Assembly (NCBI GenBank): GCA_963743305.1
Contig: CAVUPH010000010.1
Span: 32,001 to 96,000, forward strand
Direction of reading: 5' to 3'
Source of the DNA: an uncultured delta proteobacterium
GTDB lineage: Bacteria > Desulfobacterota > RBG-13-43-22
DNA length: 64,000 nucleotides
The notes under the pieces are model-generated. The model was given only the letters and a program-made list of their open reading frames with translations, searched no databases and was not told the origin of the DNA. Positions within the stretch are counted from its first letter, which is position 1. Every line of letters begins with the position of its first letter. The position numbers and the translations under genes were made by a program. This document shows positions 8,960-18,500 of this stretch, piece by piece.

Positions 8960-11257
8960 ATGGTCAAGTCCTGGATCGAACCATTTATTAAGCGACTCTT
9001 CAACAGCCTCAGCTTGAAATTGGGTTTTTCGGTGGGCCTGGTGTTGTTCCTGACCATCCTGGGTTATGCCTATTACCTCATCAAGACCCAAGAGGCCCTG
9101 GGCATTCAGAAGATCCTGAGCACGGCCGGAATGTTCAGCGACACGCTGAAAAAAAGCACCAAATACAGCATGCTGAAGTATCAGCCCGAAGCTGTGCTGA
9201 AAATTATCGAGGCCGCCGGAGAACAATCCGGCGTGGAGCGCATACGCATTTTCAACAAGAAGGGGACCATTATGTACTCCACCCTGACCAGGGAAATCGG
9301 TCAGACGGTGAATCTTCAGGCCGAGGCCTGCTTCAGTTGTCACCAGAAAAATAAGCCCCTGGAGCGAATCCCCCTGAGCGCCCGCAGCCGGATTTTTTCC
9401 CCAAAAAATGGTGACCGGGTTATGGGGTATATCAATCCGATTTATAACGAGGAATCCTGCAGCACGGCGTCCTGTCATGCCCACCCAGCGGATCGGACCG
9501 TTCTGGGGGTCCTGGACGTCATCCTTTCTTTGAAGGAAGTCGAAAGAGAAAAAGGGAAAAATGTCTTCAATATTATAGTCTTTGCCATTTTCTTTTTCCT
9601 GGGAGCCTCCGGGTTGGTAGGTTTCTGCATTTACTTTTTCGTTAATCGTCCCATCAACCGCTTGCGGGTCAGCACCCGGGAAATCGCCGCCGGAGATTTG
9701 AATCACCCGGTGACCATCCATTCGCCCGACGAAATTGGTGACCTGTCTCAATCCTTTGAAGAAATGCGGCTGAAGATTCTGGCGACGACGACCGCTTTAG
9801 AAAAAAGCCAAAAAGAATTTCAGACCCTTTTCGAAAGTGTGCCCTGTTATATCAGCGTTCAAGATCGAAATTTTAATTTGGTCCGAACCAACAGGGAGTT
9901 TAGAAAGGATTTCGGAGGGTTCGATGGTGCCCATTGTTATGAGGTGTATAAGCATCGGGATGATAAATGTCCCAATTGCAGCGTGGAAAAAACCTTTTTA
10001 ACCGGCGCGGTTTACAGCAATGAGGAGGTAGTCACCACCAAAGACGGAAAAAAGGCTTATATGCTCATTTACACCGCTCCGATCTTCAACGAGAAGAATG
10101 AGATTGTGTCGGTTATGGAACTATCCACCAACATCACCAACCTGAAGGTTTTGGAAGAGGAACTGATAAAGTCCGAAGAGGCCTACCGGCTGATTTTCGA
10201 TAACGATCCCAGTCCCATTTTCGTGGTGCGACGGGCCGATTTTGAAATCATGGATGCCAATGCCCGGGCTTTGGATTTGTATGGTTTTGACAAGCCCGAG
10301 TTAGTACAAAAAACATTTTTTGATCTGGTGGCTGCAGATTACCGGGAAGCCTTGCGGATTTTCTTCCGGGAACGGAAAAATTTCTTGGGCAAATTAAAAC
10401 AGCTCGATCAATCCGGAGCTTTCTTTTATGTCAACTTGCGCTGCTCGGAAGGGATGTACCGGGATACCCCGGTTTATATTATCACCACCAACGATATTAC
10501 CGAGCGAATCCAGACGGAACAGCAATTGATGCAGGCCAGCAAGATGGCCACCCTCGGAGAAATGTCGGCCGGGGTAGCGCACGAATTGAATCAGCCCCTG
10601 ACCGTTATTAAAACAGGCAGCAGCTTCATTCTCCGCAAGGTCCGCCAGCGGCAGGTGATCCCCGAGGACACCCTGAGTACCATTGCGGAAGAAATGGATA
10701 GTCAGGTGGATCGGGCCTCCCGAATCATCAATCACCTCCGCGAATTCGGCCGGAAGACGGAGATCCTCACAGCGCCGACCCAGGTCAACGAAGCCATCCA
10801 GGGGACGCTGACGGTCATCGGCAAGCAGTTGGAGCTGCGGCAAATCAAGGTCTTCTTGGATCTGGATCCCGAATTGCCTCCGGTGCTGGCCGATAAAAAT
10901 CGTCTAGAGCAGGTTTTCATCAATCTGGCCATGAACGCCCGGGATGCCTTGGAGGAGCAGGTGGTCACTAAAAAAGAAATCAAAATTTCCACCCGTTTTG
11001 CGGAGGGTCGCGTGAAAACCGTTTTTGCGGATAACGGGTGCGGGATCTCCTCCGAAACTCAAAGCAAAATTTTCGAACCGTTTTTTTCAACCAAAGGGGT
11101 GGGGCAGGGGACCGGATTGGGTCTTTCGATCAGTTACGGAATTGTCCGGGATTACCAGGGCGAAATTCGGGTGGAAAGCGCTCCTGGGAAAGGAACGACT
11201 TTTATCGTTCTCTTCCCGCCATACCGGGAGGAGAAAGAATCAAAGGCCAATTTATGA
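8960..11257 (+). CDS. membrane sensor histidine kinase with periplasmic c-heme motifs, HAMP and PAS domains
   Basis: TM - periplasmic domain with CFSCH and CSTASCH - TM - HAMP - PAS - PAS; H-box VAHELNQP; G-box GTGLGL. Confidence 0.9.
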   Translation: MVKSWIEPFIKRLFNSLSLKLGFSVGLVLFLTILGYAYYLIKTQEALGIQKILSTAGMFSDTLKKSTKYSMLKYQPEAVLKIIEAAGEQSGVERIRIFNKKGTIMYSTLTREIGQTVNLQAEACFSCHQKNKPLERIPLSARSRIFSPKNGDRVMGYINPIYNEESCSTASCHAHPADRTVLGVLDVILSLKEVEREKGKNVFNIIVFAIFFFLGASGLVGFCIYFFVNRPINRLRVSTREIAAGDLNHPVTIHSPDEIGDLSQSFEEMRLKILATTTALEKSQKEFQTLFESVPCYISVQDRNFNLVRTNREFRKDFGGFDGAHCYEVYKHRDDKCPNCSVEKTFLTGAVYSNEEVVTTKDGKKAYMLIYTAPIFNEKNEIVSVMELSTNITNLKVLEEELIKSEEAYRLIFDNDPSPIFVVRRADFEIMDANARALDLYGFDKPELVQKTFFDLVAADYREALRIFFRERKNFLGKLKQLDQSGAFFYVNLRCSEGMYRDTPVYIITTNDITERIQTEQQLMQASKMATLGEMSAGVAHELNQPLTVIKTGSSFILRKVRQRQVIPEDTLSTIAEEMDSQVDRASRIINHLREFGRKTEILTAPTQVNEAIQGTLTVIGKQLELRQIKVFLDLDPELPPVLADKNRLEQVFINLAMNARDALEEQVVTKKEIKISTRFAEGRVKTVFADNGCGISSETQSKIFEPFFSTKGVGQGTGLGLSISYGIVRDYQGEIRVESAPGKGTTFIVLFPPYREEKESKANL

Positions 11258-12810
11258 AACCCAAGATACTGTTGATCGATGACGAGGAAGGGATCCGGAA
11301 ACTATTGGGGATTTCCTTACGGGATGCCGGCTATCCGGTATCCATCGCTATAGATGGGGAACGGGGGATGGAGCTGTTCCAGGAGGAAGCTCCGGAGATT
11401 ATCCTGACCGATATAAAAATGCCGGGCCTGGACGGGATGGAGGTCTTGCGTCGGGTCAAGGCCCTGAGCCCGGACACCGAAGTGATTGTCATCACCGGCC
11501 ACGGCGAGATGGAAGTGGCCATCCAATCGTTGCAATTGGATGCCTCCGATTTTATCACCAAGCCGATTCACGACGAGGCCCTCTTCGTGGCGCTCCGAAG
11601 GGCCGAAGAAAAATTGGCTTGGCGGCGGGCACTGAAGCGCTATAACGAGAATCTAAAAATCCAAGTCCGCGAAGCCACCGAGGAACTGAAAAAAAACTTT
11701 ACCCTTCAGGAAAATCTGCTGCAAAGCTCATTGGATGCCTTCATCGGCACCGATCGGCAAGGGAAAATCATTTTATTCAACCAGAGCGCTCAAAATCTTT
11801 CCGGATATACCCTAGAGGAACTGCAGGGAATTCCTGACCCCCTGATCCGGTTGGTTCCCGAGTGGAGCGCCTTTGTCTCCCAAGCGATTCAGGGACAGGA
11901 GTTCGGGCCGATAATAAACCGATGCCTGGTCAAAAGGAGCCTTTTGATCTGCAAAACCCGGGAAAAAATCCCGGTTCAGCTTTCCGGCAACTTGCTCCTG
12001 GAGAGCGGCCAAATAATCGGCGGAATCTGCTGCCTCCAAGACCAGCGGGAAATGGATCGCCTGCAGAAAGAGTTGCTGCGGGCTGAACGCCTGGCCGCCA
12101 CCGGCCAGACCGTAGCCGGCATGGCCCACGCGATCAAGAATATTTTGGGAGGGCTTAAGGGCGGCCGGTTCATGGTGAATAAAGGACTGGAAATTAAGGA
12201 AATGAAGTACCTCCAGGACGGGTGGGCCATGGTGGAGCGAAATATAGAAAAAATATCTCAACTGACGATGGATCTCCTGTCCTTCTGTAAGGAACGGGAT
12301 CCGGAATGGGAAATCGTTCAACCCAATGATCTGATGCGGGAAGTTTATGAACTGTATCGGGATCAGGCCGCCGAGCGGGGGGTACGATTAAAGCTCGACC
12401 TCGATGAAAATATGGAGCCCTTGTCCTTGGACCCCCGGGAAATATATCAAGTCCTGGCCAATCTGGTGGGAAATGCCATCGATGCCTGTACCTTGGGGGA
12501 GGGTCTGCCTTCCGAACCGGAAACGATCATTCGCAGTCGGTCCCTGCCGGAAGAAAAGATCCTGCTGGAAGTCCGGGACAACGGGCTGGGGATGTCGGCT
12601 GAAGTTCGGAAAAAATTGTTTACCATTTTTTTCAGCACCAAAGGTTCGCGGGGAACCGGGCTGGGATTGCTGCTATCCCATAAAATCGTCCAGGAACATG
12701 ACGGGGAGATCCGGGTGGAATCCGCTCCCCGGCAAGGCGCGGTTTTTCAGGTCATCTTGCCCAAAAGACAGCGGAACGAACCGGCGACTCACTCTCAGCC
12801 GGCAGCTTGA
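11254..12810 (+). CDS. hybrid receiver-PAS-histidine kinase
   Basis: N-terminal receiver (ILLIDDE, DIKMPG), MAHAIKN H-box and GTGLGL; ATGA overlap with the upstream stop. Confidence 0.9.
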   Translation: MKPKILLIDDEEGIRKLLGISLRDAGYPVSIAIDGERGMELFQEEAPEIILTDIKMPGLDGMEVLRRVKALSPDTEVIVITGHGEMEVAIQSLQLDASDFITKPIHDEALFVALRRAEEKLAWRRALKRYNENLKIQVREATEELKKNFTLQENLLQSSLDAFIGTDRQGKIILFNQSAQNLSGYTLEELQGIPDPLIRLVPEWSAFVSQAIQGQEFGPIINRCLVKRSLLICKTREKIPVQLSGNLLLESGQIIGGICCLQDQREMDRLQKELLRAERLAATGQTVAGMAHAIKNILGGLKGGRFMVNKGLEIKEMKYLQDGWAMVERNIEKISQLTMDLLSFCKERDPEWEIVQPNDLMREVYELYRDQAAERGVRLKLDLDENMEPLSLDPREIYQVLANLVGNAIDACTLGEGLPSEPETIIRSRSLPEEKILLEVRDNGLGMSAEVRKKLFTIFFSTKGSRGTGLGLLLSHKIVQEHDGEIRVESAPRQGAVFQVILPKRQRNEPATHSQPAA

Positions 12811-12838
12811 GAAAGACAGGAAATGAAATGGATAGGAC

Positions 12839-12863
12839 TGCAACAAATGTTGCAATTTGCAAC
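12839..12863. promoter_or_regulatory. candidate enhancer (overlapping palindromes)
   Basis: TGCAAC-AAAT-GTTGCA-ATT-TGCAAC about 180 bp upstream of a sigma54 promoter. Confidence 0.65.
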
Positions 12864-13038
12864 GTTCAGTTTCGAAGAATCAAGAATCCCTGGCCCAACC
12901 AATCCCCTCCTCAAGCCTGCACTTTCAATGTCGATTCGAAAGGGAGCCGGCCTTTTAAACTATTTAACTATGCAATATCAGTTGGTTGAAAATGGAACGG
13001 AGACCGGGAGGGAGGTACTGAGGCTTTTTGTGAACCAT

Positions 13039-13055
13039 TTGGTATGGAAGATGCA
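13039..13055 (+). promoter_or_regulatory. sigma54 (-24/-12) promoter of the usp-RR-hdr-met operon
   Basis: TTGGTATGGAAGATGCA with GG-N10-GC spacing. Confidence 0.75.
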
Positions 13056-13102
13056 AATTAAGAAAGCAGAGTGAGGCAAACCTTTTAATCCAGGAGGCCT
13101 TT

Positions 13103-13579
13103 ATGAAACTGAAATACAAGAATATTCTTTACTGCACTGATTTTTCCGATGATGCCGATTATGCCTTTCTCACGGCCTGGGACATGGCGGAGAAATATCA
13201 GGCGCACCTCATCGTTTTCCACGTGCTCCACTCGCCTCACAAGTACACCCGGCAGGTAGTGGATGAGCAGTCTGAAGGGGGAGAAGAGTTTTTCATGTCT
13301 CCGGAAGTGATGGAAAAGGGGGTACAGAAACTCAAAGAGAAGTATGGGGCCAAAATGGGGAGTTTTCAGAATTATGAATATCAGGTCGTGGCCGGCGTCC
13401 CTTTCGTGGAGATCGTCCGCTTTGCCCGGGCCCATGACGTGGACTTCATTGTCCTGGGCGCTTCCGGCAGCTCGGAGCTGGACAAAACGACCTTCGGCAG
13501 CACGGCGGAAAACGTAGCCCGCCGGGCCCATTGCACCGTAATGGCCATCCGCTTACCCGGGAAAATTTTCAAACTTTAG
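13103..13579 (+). CDS. universal stress protein (paralog of 6483..6944)
   Basis: ILYCTDFS...FGSTAENVARRAHCTV; AGGAGG RBS. Confidence 0.9.
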   Translation: MKLKYKNILYCTDFSDDADYAFLTAWDMAEKYQAHLIVFHVLHSPHKYTRQVVDEQSEGGEEFFMSPEVMEKGVQKLKEKYGAKMGSFQNYEYQVVAGVPFVEIVRFARAHDVDFIVLGASGSSELDKTTFGSTAENVARRAHCTVMAIRLPGKIFKL

Positions 13580-13596
13580 GAATTAGGGAGGGAGAC

Positions 13597-13989
13597 ATGA
13601 AAAAGAAAATTCTGGTGGTGGACGATGAAATGGACATTCGCATCTTCATCTCTACCCTGCTGGAAACCAACGGTTACAAACCTATTGTGGCCAAGGATGG
13701 GGAAGAAGGACTGAAGATGATTAAAGAAAATAAGCCGGAAGGCATTATTTTGGATGTGATGATGCCCAAGGAAAGCGGCCTGAAATTATACCGGGAAATC
13801 AAATCCAATGACGCCACCAAACATATCCCGGTGATCATGTGTTCCGCGGTGTCTAAGAAGACCTTTTTTCATTCGCACAAGGAGCTGGACCGTTACCACG
13901 GCGCCTCCATCCCCGAACCCGAGGCCTATATTGAAAAACCCCCCGAGGCGGAGGAATTGTTAAGCAGCCTACAGCGCCTGGTCGTTTAA
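13597..13989 (+). CDS. single-domain response regulator
   Basis: KKILVVDDE, LDVMMP and EKP motifs; no output domain. Confidence 0.9.
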   Translation: MKKKILVVDDEMDIRIFISTLLETNGYKPIVAKDGEEGLKMIKENKPEGIILDVMMPKESGLKLYREIKSNDATKHIPVIMCSAVSKKTFFHSHKELDRYHGASIPEPEAYIEKPPEAEELLSSLQRLVV

Positions 13990-14005
13990 TACTAAAGGAA
14001 AAATC

Positions 14006-14644
14006 ATGGAGCAGCGGGAAGAAGAATTATTGGTCCTGGATCCGAGATTTCTCGAAGAGGTCGAGGCCGAAAGCGGAGTAAAGGTTTCGGCCTGTTTTCA
14101 GTGCCGGAAATGCACCAATGGCTGTCCGGTGACCTTTGCCATGGACTTGTATCCGGACCAGGTGATGCGCTACATTCAGTTGGGGATCCGGGAACCGGTT
14201 TTGAACAGTTCGACCATCTGGGTCTGCGCCTCCTGCGAGACCTGCACCACCCGGTGCCCGAACGAGGTGGATATCGCCGGGGCGATGGACTACCTGAAGC
14301 AGACGGTGGTGCGGGAAAAATCGAAGGCCCGGGAGGGGAAGGTCCTGACCTTTCACCAGGTCTTTTTAGACGATATCCGCAAACGGGGTCGAATCTTTGA
14401 ATCGGGGCTGATGCAAAACTATCTGCTCAAGAGCGGCGAGGCCTTCACTAAATTGAAAGACCTGTCCATCCTGGAGGAGATGCGCCTGGGTTGGACCATG
14501 TACCGGAAGGGGAGGCTGAACCTGTTGCCTCACTCGATCAAGGGGAAGGACGAGGTGAGGGAGCTTTTTAGAGAACGCGAGGCGCGAGGTGCGAAGGCAA
14601 GGCTAAAGGTCGAAGGATCGGGAACGAAGGTAAGCAAAATGTAA
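14006..14644 (+). CDS. hdrC: heterodisulfide reductase subunit C-like
   Basis: CFQCRKCTNGCP and WVCASCETCTTRCP. Confidence 0.9.
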   Translation: MEQREEELLVLDPRFLEEVEAESGVKVSACFQCRKCTNGCPVTFAMDLYPDQVMRYIQLGIREPVLNSSTIWVCASCETCTTRCPNEVDIAGAMDYLKQTVVREKSKAREGKVLTFHQVFLDDIRKRGRIFESGLMQNYLLKSGEAFTKLKDLSILEEMRLGWTMYRKGRLNLLPHSIKGKDEVRELFREREARGAKARLKVEGSGTKVSKM

Positions 14645-14715
14645 AGAAAAGTGATAAAGCCGGGTAAGGCGACTAACGCAATAAACCAAACCAACGAAAT
14701 CAACGAGACAAACGA
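14577..14715. repeat. degenerate 7-mer and 9-mer tandem repeats at the hdrC/hdrB junction
   Basis: GCGAGGC GCGAGGT GCGAAGG... at the end of hdrC; five 9-mers GACTAACGC AATAAACCA AACCAACGA AATCAACGA GACAAACGA at 14671-14715. Confidence 0.65.
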
Positions 14716-14716
14716 T

Positions 14717-15568
14717 ATGAAAGTTTCCTATTATCCAGGCTGTTCGCTGGAGGCCACGGCCCGGGATTACCGGGAATCGCTGGAATATGTCTGTAGTCGG
14801 TTGGGGATTGAACTGGCTGAGATCAATGACTGGAGTTGCTGCGGGGCTACGGCGGCGCACAGCACGGATGAATTTTTATCCCTGGCCTTGCCGGCCCGGA
14901 ATTTAGCCTTGGCCGAGCAGGCGGGGCTGGATGTGGTGGTGCCTTGCCCCATGTGTTTCAACCGCCTAAAAACAGCCGGCCATGAATTGGAACAAGGGTC
15001 TCCGCCAGGCCTTTCCTATACCTTTCAGGGACGAATCAAGGTCTGGGACCTTTTGGATTTCCTGAGCCAGCCGGTTTGGCTGGCCCAAATCCAAGCCCAG
15101 GTCAAGCAACCCCTTCAGGGGCTTTCCTTGGTTCCTTATTACGGGTGCATGGCCAACCGTCCTCCCAAAATCACCGGGGCCGGCCACCACGAAAACCCTC
15201 AGAATATGGATACCTTGCTTAAAGCGCTGGGGGCCACGGTACCGGACTGGTCTTATAAGACCGACTGTTGCGGGGCCAGCCATACGGTATCCCGGCCGGA
15301 TATTGTCCAGACCCTGGTGCAGCGGCTCTATGAGCGGGCGCTGGAGGCGGGGGCCGAGGCCATCGTCGTCTCCTGCCAGATGTGCCAGGCCAACCTGGAT
15401 ATGCCTCAGGCCAAGATCGCCGAGCTCTTTAAAAAGAAATACGATCTGCCGGTTTACTATTTTACCGAACTGATCGGCGTGGCCTGGAATATTCCCGAGG
15501 TTAAAACCTGGCTCTCCCGGCATCTCGTAAACCCGCTGCCCCTCCTGGAAAGAAAGGGATTGATGTAA
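14717..15568 (+). CDS. hdrB: heterodisulfide reductase subunit B-like
   Basis: YYPGCS, DWSCCG, CPMC, YYGC, DCCG and CQMC. Confidence 0.9.
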   Translation: MKVSYYPGCSLEATARDYRESLEYVCSRLGIELAEINDWSCCGATAAHSTDEFLSLALPARNLALAEQAGLDVVVPCPMCFNRLKTAGHELEQGSPPGLSYTFQGRIKVWDLLDFLSQPVWLAQIQAQVKQPLQGLSLVPYYGCMANRPPKITGAGHHENPQNMDTLLKALGATVPDWSYKTDCCGASHTVSRPDIVQTLVQRLYERALEAGAEAIVVSCQMCQANLDMPQAKIAELFKKKYDLPVYYFTELIGVAWNIPEVKTWLSRHLVNPLPLLERKGLM

Positions 15569-15569
15569 G

Positions 15570-18500
15570 ATGGAATCATCGGCCGTTGAATCGCCCCTCG
15601 GGGAAAAAGAAAAAATTGGAGCCGTCATGGTCGTGGGCTCCGGGATATCGGGGATGCAATCCTCCCTGGACCTGGCCAATGCCGGCTATAAAGTTTTTCT
15701 GGTGGATAAGAACGTGAGTATCGGCGGGGTCATGGCCCAGTTGGACAAGACCTTTCCCACCAACGACTGTTCCACCTGTATGATCTCGCCTAAGCTCATC
15801 GAGGTGGCCAGCAATCCCAACATCGAGGTCCTCACCCGGACGCGGGTAAAAGGTCTTTCCGGAGAACCGGGACACTTTACGGTGGCCCTGCATCGCGAAC
15901 CCCGTTTTGTCAAAGAAGAAGCCTGCACCGGCTGCGGGGACTGTGTTAAGGTCTGCCCCATTGAGGTACCCGCCGATTTCAACCTCGGTTTAAACCGGCG
16001 TAAGGCCATCTACCGACATTTCCCCCAGGCCGTCCCCTCGACTTTTGCCATTGACCGTAATGGAACTTCCCCCTGTAAGGCCACCTGTCCGGCTCACATC
16101 AGTGTCCAGGGCTACGTAGCGCTAATCGCCCAGGGACAATTCGAGGAGGCCCTGGCCCTGATCCGCCGCGAGAACCCCCTGCCTTTTGTCTGCGGTTACG
16201 TCTGTACCCATCCTTGCGAAGGGGTCTGTCAGCGGGGAGAAAAGGTCGACGAACCCATAGCCATACGGGAGCTGAAACGGTTTGTCGCCGAATATGAACG
16301 TCGGCGCGGGGCGGTAAAACTTCCGCTGCTGGAAGCGAAACGAACGGAGAATATAGCCGTCGTCGGTTCCGGTCCGGCCGGGTTGACTTGTGCCTATTAC
16401 CTGGCCCTGAAGGGTTATGGGGTAACCATTTTTGAAGCCCTGCCGAAGGCCGGAGGAATGCTGACGGTCGGTATTCCCAATTACCGCCTGCCCAAAGAAA
16501 TAGTGGAAAGGGAGATTAAGGCCATAGAGGGCCTGGGAGTAACGATCCGTTTGAATGAACCCATCGGACCCGGACATACCCTGGAGCAGTTGAAGGAAGA
16601 GGGATTTAAGGCGGTTTATATCGGCATCGGGGCCCACCGGGGGATCCGGCTGGGAATCGAAGGTGAAGATTTGGCCGGGGTGGTGGCCGGGGTGGATTTC
16701 TTGCGTCGAACCGCCTTGGGACGCCAGGAGTCCCTGGGGAAAAAGGTGGCGGTGATCGGGGGCGGGAATGTGGCCGTCGATGCCGTGCGCACGGCCCTGC
16801 GGCTGGGTTCGGATGAGGCCCAGATCCTTTATCGCCGTACCCGGGAGGAGATGCCGGCCTATGCAGAGGAGATCGAAGAGGCCTTAGAAGAAGGGGTGAC
16901 GATTCATTACCTGACCGCCCCCATTCGGTTTATCGGCGACGCCGCGGGTCGGCTCACGGCCGTCGAATGCATTCAAATGGAATTGGGTGATCCGGATGCC
17001 TCGGGACGACGCCGACCGGTACCGGTCCAGGGCTCCCAATTTCAGATCCCGGTGGATGGGGTTATCACGGCCATCAGCCAACAACCTGAACTGGACAACT
17101 TTACCCTTCCCGACGGGGTCGTTGTCTCCCGATACGGGACCTTTAGCGTCGATCCGAGTACCCTTCAGACCGATGTTCCCTGGATTTTTGCCGGCGGGGA
17201 CGCCGTGTTGGGTCCGAAGACCGTCATCGAAGCCATCGCCCAAGGCAAAGAAGCCGCCCTTTCCATCGACCGTTTTGTGAAAGGGGAGGACCTAAAAGCC
17301 GGGAGGGAGAAGTCTTTCGAGATCGCCGAAGTGGAGACCCAGAATATCCCGGCCGCTCCCCGCTTCAAACCCCTGCGCAGCGATCCCGACTCCCGGCGCT
17401 CGAATTTTGAGGAAGTGGTCCGGGTCATGACCGAGGAGGAGGCCCAGGCCGAAGCCTCCCGCTGCCTGGCCTGCGGGATCTGCTCCGAATGCTATCAATG
17501 TGTTACCGCCTGTAAGGCCGGGGCTATCGATCACACCATGCAGGGGGAGGATCTTTCCCTGGAGGTCGGGGCCCTGGTGGTCTCCCCGGGTTTTGAGACC
17601 TTTGATGCCCGGTTAAAGGGAGAATACGGCTACGGTCGCTACCCCAATGTCATTACCAGCCTGGAATTCGAACGGATCCTCTCCGCCTCCGGGCCTTTCC
17701 AGGGCCATGTCCAGCGTCTCTCAGACGGTCGGGAGCCCGTCAAAGTGGCCTGGATTCAATGTGTCGGTTCCCGGGATGCCTCGATCAATCGGGATTACTG
17801 CTCCTATGTCTGCTGCATGTACGCTACCAAGCAGGCCATTATCGCCAAGGAGCATGTGACCACCATCGAACCGACCATCTTTTTTATTGATATCCGAGCC
17901 CAGGGCAAAGGGTTCGACCGGTATTACGAACGGGCCAAGAAAGACCACGGGGTCCGTTACCTGCGGAGTCTCGTCTCCCGGGTGGCCGAGAACCCTAAAA
18001 CCCACAATTTGCAGATTGCTTATATTGATGAAAACAATGCCTTCCAGAGCGAAGAATTCGATCTGGTGATTCTTTCCGTAGGGCTGAATGCCCATTCCGA
18101 ATCGAAGGAACTGGCCCAGTGTCTGGGGATAGCCACGGACCGCTTCGGTTTTTGCGAAAATCCACCCTTAAATAGTGTGGGCACCTCCCAGCCGGGGATC
18201 TTTGTCAGCGGGGTCTTTCAAAATCCAAAGGATATCCCCGAGACCGTTACCCAGGCCAGCGGAGCGGCTGCCGAGGCGGCGGCCCTGCTCTCTGAGGCGC
18301 GAGGGACTCAAATTTCGGAAATGGTTTTCCCGGAGGAACGGGCCATCCAGGGGGAGGAACCCCGGATCGGGGTCCTCATCTGCCACTGCGGGATCAACAT
18401 CGCCGGGATCGTGGACGTGGAGAAGGTCACCGAATATGCCAAAACGCTGCCGGGGGTGGTTTACGCCGACCACTTTCTCTTTACCTGTTCCACGGACAGT

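Noticed and set aside
14671-14715. Tandem repeats or the 37.4-37.7 kb element as a CRISPR array
   Set aside because: No repeat-spacer periodicity and no cas genes
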